A DNA stretch of 64,000 bases from contig CAVTBV010000012.1 of NCBI GenBank assembly GCA_963733095.1, positions 59,915-123,914 of the forward strand, written 5' to 3'. This document shows, in pieces, positions 1 through 9,489 of the stretch (position 1 is the stretch's first letter; every line of letters begins with the position of its first letter). The notes under the pieces were generated by a model. The model was given only the letters and a program-made list of their open reading frames with translations, did not search any database and had not been told where the DNA came from. Made by a program: the position numbers and the translations under genes. The stretch is from Candidatus Bathyarchaeota archaeon (GTDB taxonomy: Archaea; Thermoproteota; Bathyarchaeia; Bathyarchaeales; Bathycorpusculaceae).

Positions 1-36
1 TTATGCTAGAAATCGTGCTGTACGGACCGCAGACTA

Positions 37-996
37 ATGTCCACTAAAATCACACTATTTGCCCTATTTCTAATTCTTTTGGCGCCAGTTCCCGCCGTTG
101 CCCAAGCCCAGCAACCCAGCGCCAATGATACCCAGAACTCATTGTATGATGCCTATAACGCTGTGCTCGACGCTTCCAAAGCAGGTGCAAACACAAACCA
201 ACTCGTAGACGAACTAAACCAAGCCATAAACCTAACCGCACAAGCTAAACAACTAATAAGCACAAACCCCCAACAAGCCGAAACATTAGCCAACCAAGTC
301 CAAACAATAACTCAAAACGTAACTCAGCAAGCAACAACCGCGAAACAAACATCAAACACACTATTAATAATCGCAATACCAACAGCCGCGGCTCTAATTG
401 CAGCTGGCGTAATAACATACTCGTTTGGGCCAAAAGTTCTTTGGAAAATATGGTTCAAACTCAGAAAAAACTACCGCGTAAAAAGTAAAAATGTCCCAGC
501 CAAGAACGCTTTGGTCATTACAGCAGAACAAGTATGCGCCATAATTTTAGGAATAACCGTCATTGTAGCATTTTTCTCATTTTCAGGTTTCTTACTTCCC
601 AAAAATCAAGGTGAACAGTTCTCGAAGCTAGGTATCTTGGGACCGAAGATGACTTCAGAAGATTATCCATCTCAAATAGTTGCCAGTGAAACAATTCACC
701 TATTTGGCTATTTAGGCAACCAGATGGGTGAACCAATGTATTATACCGTTATGATAAAACTTGGCAACAAAGATACAGCAGTAAACCCTGCACCAACAAC
801 TCCAATCCAACAATTTAGTCGAGTAATACCCAACAACCAAACCTGGACCTTCCCAGTGGACATTACTCTGACAAAATCAGGTGTTAATCAAAGAATAATA
901 TTTGAACTCTGGACATACAACCAGACCACAAACCAAAACCAATACCAATGCAAATGGGGACAAATCTGGCTTAACGTAACTGCTCCAGCAACTTAA
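37..996 (+). CDS. Membrane protein: signal peptide, helical region, TM segments and C-terminal DUF1616-like domain
   Basis: Hydrophobic N-terminus; GEQFSKLGILGP...YP..I..SETIHLF.YLGNQMG..MYY.V.IKLG and IIFELW.YN motifs typical of DUF1616. Confidence 0.6.
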   Translation: MSTKITLFALFLILLAPVPAVAQAQQPSANDTQNSLYDAYNAVLDASKAGANTNQLVDELNQAINLTAQAKQLISTNPQQAETLANQVQTITQNVTQQATTAKQTSNTLLIIAIPTAAALIAAGVITYSFGPKVLWKIWFKLRKNYRVKSKNVPAKNALVITAEQVCAIILGITVIVAFFSFSGFLLPKNQGEQFSKLGILGPKMTSEDYPSQIVASETIHLFGYLGNQMGEPMYYTVMIKLGNKDTAVNPAPTTPIQQFSRVIPNNQTWTFPVDITLTKSGVNQRIIFELWTYNQTTNQNQYQCKWGQIWLNVTAPAT

Positions 997-1339
997 AAAG
1001 TAGCAATAATCTAAGGCGCAAGAATGTAATCGCTCACATTCAAGACGTTATTTTGAAAAAGGATTACAGCAACATTAGCTAACTTATACGTGGAAGGGAT
1101 GACCATTAATCAAAAACAGCCTTTTAGTGTCTCAAGCAGAAATCGTGAAAGACGCCTCTTAACGCACTACGAAATCCAAGCGATAAGCGATACCTGCACA
1201 GAGGCTCATAAAACCGGCAGTTTTATTATTTCAACACCCTTTTTGAAGTTTGCACAAATTCTAACAGGTTTTGGTTAGACAAAGTTTTTATGCGCGATTG
1301 AAACTTAAAGTTCCCCGTCAAGACAAAGGATGATTCAGG

Positions 1340-2164
1340 ATGACCCTACAAAAAGGAGATTTCATACTAATCGATTATGTAGCTAAAGTTAAGGAAACAA
1401 ACGAAGTTTTCGACACAACAAAAGAAGATGTCGCAAAAAAAGAGCACCTGCACAAAGAAGGACAAATACATGAGCCTGAACTCGTTGTTGTAGGCGAAGG
1501 CTGGGTCCTAAAAGCCCTAGACGATGCACTAGCAACCATGGACATAGACAAGCCTTCAACCGTGGAAATTTCACCTGAAAAAGGCTTCGGACAAAGAGAC
1601 CCTGAAAAAATCAAACGGGTCCCAGTAAAGCAACTTTACGCAAAAGAAATTAACCCCATCGTCGGCGCTCGCATCGAATTCCAAGGAAAAAACGCCATTA
1701 TCCGCTCAGTCGGTGCAGGAAGAGTCCTACTCGACTTCAACCCGCCCTTAGCAGGAAGAACCCTCATCTACGACGTTACAGTAACAAAGAAACTCGATAC
1801 AGCAGAACAGAAAATCGGCGCCCTTATCCACCGCAGAGTGCCAGTTGTTGAAGAAAGCAAGTTCAATCTGTTCATAAAAGGCTGCGATTTAACCATAAAC
1901 ATGCCTGAAGAAACATTCTACGTTGAAGGCATTCAAATCGCTAAACGCGGCATCGCAATGGACATCCAAAAGTTCCTTCCAGAGCTTATGGAGACAAGGT
2001 TTATTGAAACCTTCAAAGCTGAGCCTAAACCAGCCGCAGCGACACCAGCAACACCCGCAGCTCCTGCCACCGCACCCGAAGCAGAAAAGGAGCCTGAGGC
2101 AAAACCAGAAGCCGCGAAAAAACCTGCAAAAGCCCCAAAAACAGCCAAAGCTGCCAAGGCATAG
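1340..2164 (+). CDS. slyD: Long-type archaeal FKBP peptidyl-prolyl isomerase (SlyD-like) with Ala/Pro/Lys/Glu-rich tail
   Basis: GDFILIDY..K....EVFDTT, ISPEKGFG.RDP and DFNPPLAGRTLIY motifs. Confidence 0.9.
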   Translation: MTLQKGDFILIDYVAKVKETNEVFDTTKEDVAKKEHLHKEGQIHEPELVVVGEGWVLKALDDALATMDIDKPSTVEISPEKGFGQRDPEKIKRVPVKQLYAKEINPIVGARIEFQGKNAIIRSVGAGRVLLDFNPPLAGRTLIYDVTVTKKLDTAEQKIGALIHRRVPVVEESKFNLFIKGCDLTINMPEETFYVEGIQIAKRGIAMDIQKFLPELMETRFIETFKAEPKPAAATPATPAAPATAPEAEKEPEAKPEAAKKPAKAPKTAKAAKA

Positions 2165-2327
2165 AGCTAAAACCAACATTTTCCTTTCCATAAAATTTTT
2201 TATTTTTAGACAACCCTAAGCTTACAGTTTGCTCGTTTTGAAGCTGAAAAATAAAAGATAAATTCCACAACTGAGCAATAGTATTAGAGACTTCTCAAAT
2301 TCCTATCAACCAGCTTCCAGCGAGGAG

Positions 2328-2723
2328 GTGGAAAAACATATGGATCACACCCTACTGCATTTTGAAATTCCAGCAAACAATGTAGAAAAACTGAAGCGTT
2401 TTTACGAAGAGGTTTTCGGTTGGAAAATCACCCAAGCTTCGGGACCAATCGAGTACTGGGTCATACAAACCGTTCCCGTTGACCCAAACGGCAAGCTTTT
2501 GCGACCAGGCGTAAACGGCGGAATGTATAAAAAAGCAGTGCCTGAAAGCAAACCTGTAAACTACTTTGCTGTAGAATCCATAAGCGACTTCTTGACAAAG
2601 ATTGAAAAGTTAGGTGGAAAGGTAACACAGCCCAAACAGGAAGTTCCCGAAGTCGGTTGGATAGCTGCCGCCGAAGACCCAGAAGGCAACTTGTTTGCGC
2701 TTTTTCAGCCGATACGTGTTTAG
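2328..2723 (+). CDS. VOC/glyoxalase-bleomycin resistance family protein
   Basis: HFEIPA....KLKRFY..VFGW, NGGM, YFAV.SI, GGKV..PK.EVP.VGW.A...DPEGN; ATG at 2340 is the likely start. Confidence 0.87.
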   Translation: MEKHMDHTLLHFEIPANNVEKLKRFYEEVFGWKITQASGPIEYWVIQTVPVDPNGKLLRPGVNGGMYKKAVPESKPVNYFAVESISDFLTKIEKLGGKVTQPKQEVPEVGWIAAAEDPEGNLFALFQPIRV

Positions 2724-3778
2724 CTTATGATTCCTGTTGCTTTGGCTGTTTTTTCGCAGGTTTCGGCGTTGAGGTTTAGTTTGTGGAGGATGGTGTAACG
2801 TTCAGGTCTTATTTTTGCGGCCATCTCCAAAGCCTTAACCACATCGGATTCTTTAACGCCTAGTTCCGCGGCTGTTGTTGGGGCGCCTAGTTGTTTGAGG
2901 GTTTTTTTGATGCGTTGCCAGTTCGAGTTGTAGAGGTAAGCGGTTAAGATGGTGCCGACGCCGCATTGTTCGCCGTGCATGGCGTGGTTTTCGTTTATGA
3001 TGTCTAAGGCGTGGCTGAAGAGGTGTTCGGAGCCGCTGCAGGGGCGGCTGCTTCCAGCGATGCTCATGGCAACCCCACAGCTGATGAGGGCTTCCAGAAG
3101 AACCCGCAGTCCTTCATCTTGTCTATAAACGATTAAATCCGCATTCTCCGTGACTATTTTAGCACTCATTAACGCCAAACTTGCCGCGTATCCACCATAA
3201 TACTCGTTGTATTCTGTGTGTGCAAGTTTCCAGTCTTTGACGGCTGTGAACTTGGAGATTACATCTCCGCAGCCGCTGACCACAAAACGCCAAGGTGCCT
3301 TTGCGATTATTTCTGTGTCTGCAATTATTGCCAGTGGCGCTTGAGCGAGGACAGAGTAGGGTTTGTCGGAGCCTTTAATTGAGGCAAGGGGGCTCGCGAT
3401 GCCGTCATGGGATACGGTCGTGGGTACACTGATGAAGGGAACTTTTAAGCTGCCTGAACAGACTTTCGCCGAGTCAATTATTGTTCCGCCTCCGATACCG
3501 AAGAGCACATGAGGCTTCAACTCTTTTATCTGGTTCTCAAGCTTCTCCACATCCTTTAACGTCATGGTTTTGATGGCGCAAAAATCCACAGTCAAACCTG
3601 AGTCTTCTAAGAGTTTAGAAACTTTTCTTCCCGCAAGGTCATAACATTGGGTGTCCGAAAGAACCAGCGCTGTTCCTTTGAGGTTTAGTCGTTTGGCGAC
3701 TTCGGGGATGCGGTTGATGGTGCCTTTTCCGACAATGACCTCCCGTGGAAGCTGCATGTAATGGTAGTTTAAAGTCAA
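2720..3778 (-). CDS. egsA: sn-glycerol-1-phosphate dehydrogenase
   Basis: GIGGGTIIDSAK, SVPTTVSHDGIASP, GSSRPCSGSEHLFSHALD and HGEQCG motifs. Confidence 0.96.
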   Translation of the reverse strand: MTLNYHYMQLPREVIVGKGTINRIPEVAKRLNLKGTALVLSDTQCYDLAGRKVSKLLEDSGLTVDFCAIKTMTLKDVEKLENQIKELKPHVLFGIGGGTIIDSAKVCSGSLKVPFISVPTTVSHDGIASPLASIKGSDKPYSVLAQAPLAIIADTEIIAKAPWRFVVSGCGDVISKFTAVKDWKLAHTEYNEYYGGYAASLALMSAKIVTENADLIVYRQDEGLRVLLEALISCGVAMSIAGSSRPCSGSEHLFSHALDIINENHAMHGEQCGVGTILTAYLYNSNWQRIKKTLKQLGAPTTAAELGVKESDVVKALEMAAKIRPERYTILHKLNLNAETCEKTAKATGIIS

Positions 3779-4120
3779 ATCAGACCCCTGTTAACTTGCA
3801 ATGACCTAATTGGGATGGATGCTTTAAAACTTTGGGAAATTAACAGTCATTTACTTTCTAAAAATGCTCTAGAAGATATGTTAATTAAAAAATGGGTTGG
3901 TTAAGGTTTCTTGGCGAAAACCGCTTTCCCAACATTAACTGCAGCCGCCGTTTTGCATGCGGCAATAGTTGGCGCAGCTAAGAAAGGCAGGTGGTAATGA
4001 CCGATTTCTTGGTTATTGACAAGTCAAAAGGAGGCGGCATGTTTGAGATTCTCAGTTTGGTTAATGTTATGCTTAAATATTGATTGTTGGTTTATTGGTT
4101 TTTAAGGAGACATAGAAAAC

Positions 4121-4393
4121 ATGCCCGCCATTGAAGTCGGCAGAATATGCGTAAAACAGCTCGGTCGCGAACTCGGCAAAAAATGCGTCATCATCGACGT
4201 CATGGACAAAAGTTTCGTGTTAGTTACGGGACCCAAAAAAGTAACCGGAGTCAAGCGAAGGCGAGTAAACATAAACCACATCATGCCCCTCACAGACAAG
4301 ATTGAAGTCAAAAGAGGCGCCTCAGACGAGGAAGTTGCCCAAGCCCTAGAAGTTGCAGGCAAACTTAAAGACATGACTTTAAATGCCGCATAA
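4121..4393 (+). CDS. rpl14e: 50S ribosomal protein L14e
   Basis: [44 protein letters not shown]; conserved adjacency to cbf5. Confidence 0.94.
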   Translation: MPAIEVGRICVKQLGRELGKKCVIIDVMDKSFVLVTGPKKVTGVKRRRVNINHIMPLTDKIEVKRGASDEEVAQALEVAGKLKDMTLNAA

Positions 4394-4455
4394 TTTTAAA
4401 CCTTAATTACCTCAACTTCTTTTTCTTACAACCAACTAGGAGCAAAACCCCAAGA

Positions 4456-5487
4456 ATGCCCAGAACAACCCCTCCGTGGGAAATCAAACGTGAATTGCTA
4501 ACCAAAGCAGAGGACTCTACCAACCCAAAGTACGGTTGTAAACCTTCTGAGCGCCCAGCAAAAGAGTATATTAGGTATGGTACGATTAATTTGGATAAGC
4601 CTGCAGGTCCCACAAGCCATGAGGTTGCAGCTTGGGTAAAAAGAATCATGCATCTGGAAGCTATCGGGCATGGAGGAACCCTTGACCCCAAAGTCACAGG
4701 GATTTTACCCATCACCTTGGAAGATGCAACCAAGATGGTTCAGGCGTTACTCCACAGTGGCAAAGAATACGTCTGCGTAATGAAACTTCATGGGGATGTG
4801 CCTGAGGACCATGTTAAACGTGTTCTGACGGAGTTTGAGGACGAAATTTTTCAGCGTCCACCCCTGCGATCATCCGTTAAGAGGCAGTTAAGGACAAGGC
4901 GAATTTACTATAATGACTTCATCGAGTTAGATGGGCGTAATGTGCTCTTCAAAGTCGGTTGCGAAGGCGGCACGTACATCCGTAAACTCTGCTTTGACAT
5001 CGGCGAAATCCTCGGCGTTGGCGCCCACATGCAAGAACTTCGCCGCACACGAGCAGGACCATTTATCGAATCCAGCGCCAAAAAAGTCACATTGCACGAT
5101 GTAGCTTACTGGTTTGGCGAATTCGAAACTAAGAAAGACCAATCTTTTTTGTGCAAATTCATAGAGCCCATGGAAGTTGCATTGATGCAGATTCCGAAAA
5201 TGGTCGTTCGCGACTCTGCTGTTGACGCACTCTGCCATGGAGCCAATTTGACTGCGCCAGGGGTTCTACAAGTTGACACAGGCATAGTGAAAGACTCAAC
5301 AGTTGCGGTTTTCACGCTCAAAGGTGAAGCGGTGTCATTGGCGAAGGCTCTTGTTTCAACCCAAGAAATCATGGAGTTGACTCATGGTGCTGTAGCTGCT
5401 TCGTCACGTGTGTTGATGCCAAGAGGCACTTACCCGAAAGTTTGGAAGAGTGGGGGCGCCAATGAGCAAAGATCCAAAGAGCGTTGA
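4456..5487 (+). CDS. cbf5: H/ACA RNA-guided pseudouridine synthase Cbf5 (TruB family) with PUA domain
   Basis: INLDKPAGPTSHEV, GHGGTLDPKVTG (catalytic Asp), CEGGTYIRKLC, MQELRRTRAGPF. Confidence 0.96.
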   Translation: MPRTTPPWEIKRELLTKAEDSTNPKYGCKPSERPAKEYIRYGTINLDKPAGPTSHEVAAWVKRIMHLEAIGHGGTLDPKVTGILPITLEDATKMVQALLHSGKEYVCVMKLHGDVPEDHVKRVLTEFEDEIFQRPPLRSSVKRQLRTRRIYYNDFIELDGRNVLFKVGCEGGTYIRKLCFDIGEILGVGAHMQELRRTRAGPFIESSAKKVTLHDVAYWFGEFETKKDQSFLCKFIEPMEVALMQIPKMVVRDSAVDALCHGANLTAPGVLQVDTGIVKDSTVAVFTLKGEAVSLAKALVSTQEIMELTHGAVAASSRVLMPRGTYPKVWKSGGANEQRSKER

Positions 5488-6076
5488 TCACTATTTTTCG
5501 TCGGTTCCCAAGTCGCAGGATCGCTTCGGGCTTGTTCGAACTATCCTCTGCGGCAAATCCTTCGAGTTTTTAACTTCATCGAGCGTTTTTTCGAAGCGAA
5601 AAGTTGATTGCGGCACTCGACTACTCATCGAATCCATGGTTCTTCCAAAAACAGGATGCGTTCTGGACATTGGTTGCGGGTACGGAGTTGTGGGAATTGC
5701 AGTAGCTAAATTCAACCCCAAATTGCATGTGATCATGACGGATGTGAACGCAAGGGCTGTGCGTTTAGCTAAAAAGAATTTAGGATTAAACGGGGTAACA
5801 AATGCCGAGGTCCGCTACGGCTTCTTCTATGAGCCTGTAGAGGATTTAAGGTTCAATTGTGTTTTGTCGAATCCGCCCGTAAGCGCAGGTATGGAAACCG
5901 TTAAGGCAATAGTGACTGGCGCTCCAAAAGTGATGGCGCCAGGTGCTAGTTTTCGTATGGTTATTCGCTCTAAAATCGGTGCCAAAATATTGCCTGAATT
6001 GTTTTCGATAACCTTTGGCAACTGTGGTGTGGTTGCACGGGAAAGCGGTTTTCGGGTACTCATGGGCAAACTGTAA
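5462..6076 (+). CDS. Class I SAM-dependent methyltransferase, RsmC/MJ0882-like
   Basis: DHYFS, VFSK..VD.GTRLL, VLDIGCGYGVVG and SNPPV motifs. Confidence 0.87.
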   Translation: MSKDPKSVDHYFSSVPKSQDRFGLVRTILCGKSFEFLTSSSVFSKRKVDCGTRLLIESMVLPKTGCVLDIGCGYGVVGIAVAKFNPKLHVIMTDVNARAVRLAKKNLGLNGVTNAEVRYGFFYEPVEDLRFNCVLSNPPVSAGMETVKAIVTGAPKVMAPGASFRMVIRSKIGAKILPELFSITFGNCGVVARESGFRVLMGKL

Positions 6077-6180
6077 GATTCTGTGTCTTTTTGACTGGAG
6101 TTTTGTTTCTTTTTCTCTTTGTGTTTCGCCTTAATTTATGGCAGACAAAAAGTGAGCATTTATCAGACAAGACCTTATAG

Positions 6181-6432
6181 GTGAGGTCCCAAAAAGTGTC
6201 CATATGGCGGCATAAAGTGACAGACGGAAACAAACGGGAACGAATAACGATCCGGCTCACAAAAAGGTACCTTGACCTGTTAAACCTGCTAATCGAGAGA
6301 GGAGTGTACAACAGTCGCAATGAAGCAATTCGAGATGTCCTCCGCATTATGTATGAATACCATGGGTTGAAGGTGTCTTCTGACAAAAACGCAGTGTTTG
6401 AAGCCAACCCGAATGATACGGGCAAGAACTAA
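6181..6432 (+). CDS. Ribbon-helix-helix (CopG/MetJ-like) DNA-binding protein
   Basis: RITIRL...YLDLL..LIERGVYNSRNEAIRDVLR pattern. Confidence 0.75.
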   Translation: MRSQKVSIWRHKVTDGNKRERITIRLTKRYLDLLNLLIERGVYNSRNEAIRDVLRIMYEYHGLKVSSDKNAVFEANPNDTGKN

Positions 6433-6500
6433 TTTTTGCTTAAGTACCGCAAACTTGAAAAAGCCACCTGTCCATAAGGTCAGAAGAAACAAGCATTCAG

Positions 6501-6761
6501 GTGGTAGCCATGGCAAAACTCAATAAAGTCGATGAAAAAGTTGTTGCAACTCTTCAATCAGAAGGTAGAGAATTAACACTACAAGAATTAACTGATAAAA
6601 CGGGCGAACCCTCCAAGAAGGTTTTTCGTTCCTTGCGAAAACTTTTCGAAAACGAGGTTGTGTCAACCCAAGCCCGCAAATACAAGCTGGTAATTACCGA
6701 CACCAAAGCAATCAAAGCGAAGCTTGCGGCTAAGGCAGAAGACGAAAGCGAACCCGAGTAA
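6501..6761 (+). CDS. Small winged-helix DNA-binding protein
   Basis: ELTLQELTDKTGEPSKKVFRSLRKLFENEVV HTH-like pattern. Confidence 0.55.
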   Translation: MVAMAKLNKVDEKVVATLQSEGRELTLQELTDKTGEPSKKVFRSLRKLFENEVVSTQARKYKLVITDTKAIKAKLAAKAEDESEPE

Positions 6762-6778
6762 AAATTTTTTGTTAAATT

Positions 6779-6855
6779 TGGAGCCTCGAGCGGGCCTTGC
6801 TCCCGCGGCCTGCTGCTTACAAGGCAGCCGCTCTACTGGGCTGAGCTATCGAGGC
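6779..6855 (-). tRNA. tRNA-Thr(UGU), 77 nt, CCA encoded, non-canonical D/T loops
   Basis: Manual cloverleaf: GCCTCGA/TCGAGGC acceptor stem, GCTGC-CTTGTAA-GCAGC anticodon arm, GCGGG-AGCAAGG-CCCGC T arm, U73-CCA. Confidence 0.93.
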
Positions 6856-7023
6856 ACTCAACAAAGTTGCCCAGATTACACCAACAAATAAACCTTATAC
6901 AAATAAAAGTTACTGCTAAAAATCCAACATGACTTGGATTCGCAGAGGAAAATTTACCTTTCCATGGTTTGTTTTTCTGTTTAGCAAGACATCAATTTCA
7001 ACCATGCGAGTAACAGTCAAAGC

Positions 7024-7245
7024 TTATTGTTCGCAGCTTATTACTTCGTCTTTGTCTTCTTTCATTTTTAAATTATGTTTTTTGACAATGTTGGTTATTT
7101 GTTGAATGATTTCGGAATCCGCGGCTACTTTTAAGTGTATTTCAAGGTTTTTAGCAGCGCCTTTCGAGGGAAGGTTAGACACTAAGTAGTAGGCGTTTGC
7201 ACCCATGTTTTCGCCAAGATTTATAATTTCTTTACCAGATAGCAA
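7024..7245 (-). CDS. Small hypothetical protein
   Basis: ORF only; no family recognised. Confidence 0.35.
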   Translation of the reverse strand: MLSGKEIINLGENMGANAYYLVSNLPSKGAAKNLEIHLKVAADSEIIQQITNIVKKHNLKMKEDKDEVISCEQ

Positions 7246-7440
7246 CCGCTTTATCCCTTTTCAGGTTAATGTTTCTCCCACCCAACCAACAATACGTACA
7301 GCAAATAATCTTTGGGTGATGCCAACGTTTCCTAGAAAAAAGGCCATCACTTGCCGTTGTTGCTTCAATGTGTGACAACATCATCTTATATCATTTACAA
7401 GTGTAACAAGATAAAACAAGAAAAGATAAAGAGCCAACGA

Positions 7441-7526
7441 GTTGAGCGGGTCTGGCGGCTAACAAAAGGAGAAGGCACAAAGGTTTTTGCCTCCCCAAAA
7501 CTAGCCCACGGCTAAATCCGCCCAAC
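7441..7526. ncRNA. Candidate structured RNA (long imperfect hairpin)
   Basis: Nested pairings GTTGAGCGG/CCGCCCAAC, GGCTA/TAGCC and AGGCA/TGCCT; followed by a T-run. Confidence 0.3.
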
Positions 7527-7672
7527 CATCACTTTTTGCCCCTTATGAAATGCTCGGTGCTGCTTCTAATTTAGAAGCTTGCGTATTTTTGTTAACCACT
7601 CTTTGTTCAGTCATTAATCAAACATATGTGTTTATACCATCAACATTCAAACTGAAGGAAAAAGTGTCCTCA

Positions 7673-7798
7673 ATGGTTAATTTTCCTAAATGCGATAAAA
7701 AATTGATGAAAACCGATAAAAAGTTAGAGAATTCTGTCTTCTTTGTAGCAGTTTTCACTTGCGACGAATGCGAAAAACAACTTGCAGTTACTCATTAA
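7673..7798 (+). CDS. 41-aa zinc-ribbon-like microprotein (first Cys apparently replaced by Phe)
   Basis: MVNFPKC...KLENSVF....FTCDEC; resembles the ORF at 58964-59107. Confidence 0.5.
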   Translation: MVNFPKCDKKLMKTDKKLENSVFFVAVFTCDECEKQLAVTH

Positions 7799-8223
7799 TT
7801 CGTCTTAACCCTGAGGCGGGTCGGGTCTTACTATTTCTTGCTTTGGCTTCTTTAATTTCTTGGGGTTTGGTTCTGCCGCGATCTGTTTTTGCCCCATAAT
7901 GTAAAAACTTGTTGTTGCAAAAGCACAACCACATGAGTATTTATCATAAGACACACTAATTGATAATCAGGCAAGGGTTGACTTAAACGTTAAGCGAAGT
8001 GTTCTATCTCTCTCTTCCTGAATATTTCGCTTGCGTCTAGGTTAACCCAAGCTCAACATCAACGATATATTTCCTTTTAAAATAAAAGCCTTGCTCAAAC
8101 CCATTTTCTCCGCACATTCAATTAATAAATCTTGGAATTCTATAATTTGTTAAAAGATTAGTTTAGAAACAAAAATATTGGGATTGCCCAAAGAAAATAT
8201 AGAAAAAAGTTGAAGGGGTGTCT

Positions 8224-8757
8224 TTATTTTACTGAGACTTTCCTTTTTGGCTTCGGTGCTTTTTTGGGAAGAACTATTTGCAGAACACCTTCAGAAAGGT
8301 TAGCTGCAACATCGTCTAACTTGATTTCCTCGGGCAACTCTATTTCTCTGTAAAACGTTTCACAAGCACGCTCTTTGCAGATGAATAATTTGCCTTTATC
8401 GTCATACTTCCATCCTGCATAGCCAGTTATCGCTACAGCGTTATCCTGTACTTCGATTTGTATGTCATCTTTTTTGAAGCCAGGCATCTCTGCCATTACG
8501 ATATATTCTTTTTCATGGTCTTCAATGTCGGTTACCGGGACTCTAACTTGAGGAATGATTGAGAGGTCAGACCAAACTGACGGAAAAAGCAAGTCTTCAA
8601 AATCATTTCTGAATCGGTTAAAGGTGTTGTCGAATTCTCGCCAAAGATTTGAGGTGGAAGGCTGTGCTAACGAGGTGGTTTTCTTTTGGGAGGGCTTTTT
8701 CTTTGTCACGGATAGTTTGGTTTCTTCAGCTTTGGCGGTTTTTTTATTTTCACTCAC
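8224..8757 (-). CDS. Hsp20/alpha-crystallin small heat-shock protein
   Basis: TDIED....Y.V.AEMPG.KKDDI.IEV, FYREIELPEEI, A....GVL.I.LPK; GTG 8757 chosen as likely start (ORF track begins at 8889). Confidence 0.92.
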   Translation of the reverse strand: MSENKKTAKAEETKLSVTKKKPSQKKTTSLAQPSTSNLWREFDNTFNRFRNDFEDLLFPSVWSDLSIIPQVRVPVTDIEDHEKEYIVMAEMPGFKKDDIQIEVQDNAVAITGYAGWKYDDKGKLFICKERACETFYREIELPEEIKLDDVAANLSEGVLQIVLPKKAPKPKRKVSVK

Positions 8758-9015
8758 GAAATTCACCGTTATTAGGTTTGTTGCCCCTGTCTGGATATAT
8801 TCATTTGTGGTTGTTAGCAAGCAACAACACCAAGTCAGCTTAAGATTGGGCATCTGAAATGACCGGTCTGAATGTCGAAAAAGCTTCATAACATAAGGGC
8901 AAAATAAGAAAACAATAGAAGTTAAGTGTAACTGCCAGAAGCCAACAACATACTTTTATAACAAACAAGCGTACCCTTCATTGAAACAAGATAAACTTTT
9001 GACCAGGTAATATCT

Positions 9016-9387
9016 TTGAAAAAAATAATAGTTATTGACGATGACACGTTTATTTTGAAGTCATTTTCTCGTGTCCTTACCAGTCGGGGCTTTGAAGTTG
9101 AGACCGCAGAAACTGGAAAGCAAGCATTAGAAAAACTAAAACAAAGCTTTTTCGATTTAGCTTTGATTGACGTTTGCCTTCCCGACATGGAGGGTACCGA
9201 CCTGCTTGAGAACGCTAAGAAGGAACTGGAAAAAACCGTTAAAATCATGCTCACCGGGCATCCATCGGTGGAAACAAGTGAAAAAGCAACATTTGAAGGT
9301 GCTGACACCTACATTGTTAAACCGATTAAAATGGATGAGTTAATTTCTGTTATCAATTTTTTTCTAAAGCCAAAACAGAGTGAATAA
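9016..9387 (+). CDS. Stand-alone response regulator receiver (CheY-like)
   Basis: IIVIDDD, ALIDVCLPDMEG (phosphoacceptor Asp), IMLTG, YIVKP. Confidence 0.9.
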   Translation: MKKIIVIDDDTFILKSFSRVLTSRGFEVETAETGKQALEKLKQSFFDLALIDVCLPDMEGTDLLENAKKELEKTVKIMLTGHPSVETSEKATFEGADTYIVKPIKMDELISVINFFLKPKQSE

Positions 9388-9489
9388 AAAAGCAGGGTAA
9401 ACATTTACCCTCGTACTTTTTCCTTGTTTAAGTTTAAACCGTGAGTTAATACAATTACGGATTCTCTAAAACTACATCAACTTATCTCT

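Noticed and set aside
2020-2164. Repeat-like sequence at the end of slyD
   Set aside because: Explained by the low-complexity Ala/Pro/Lys/Glu protein tail
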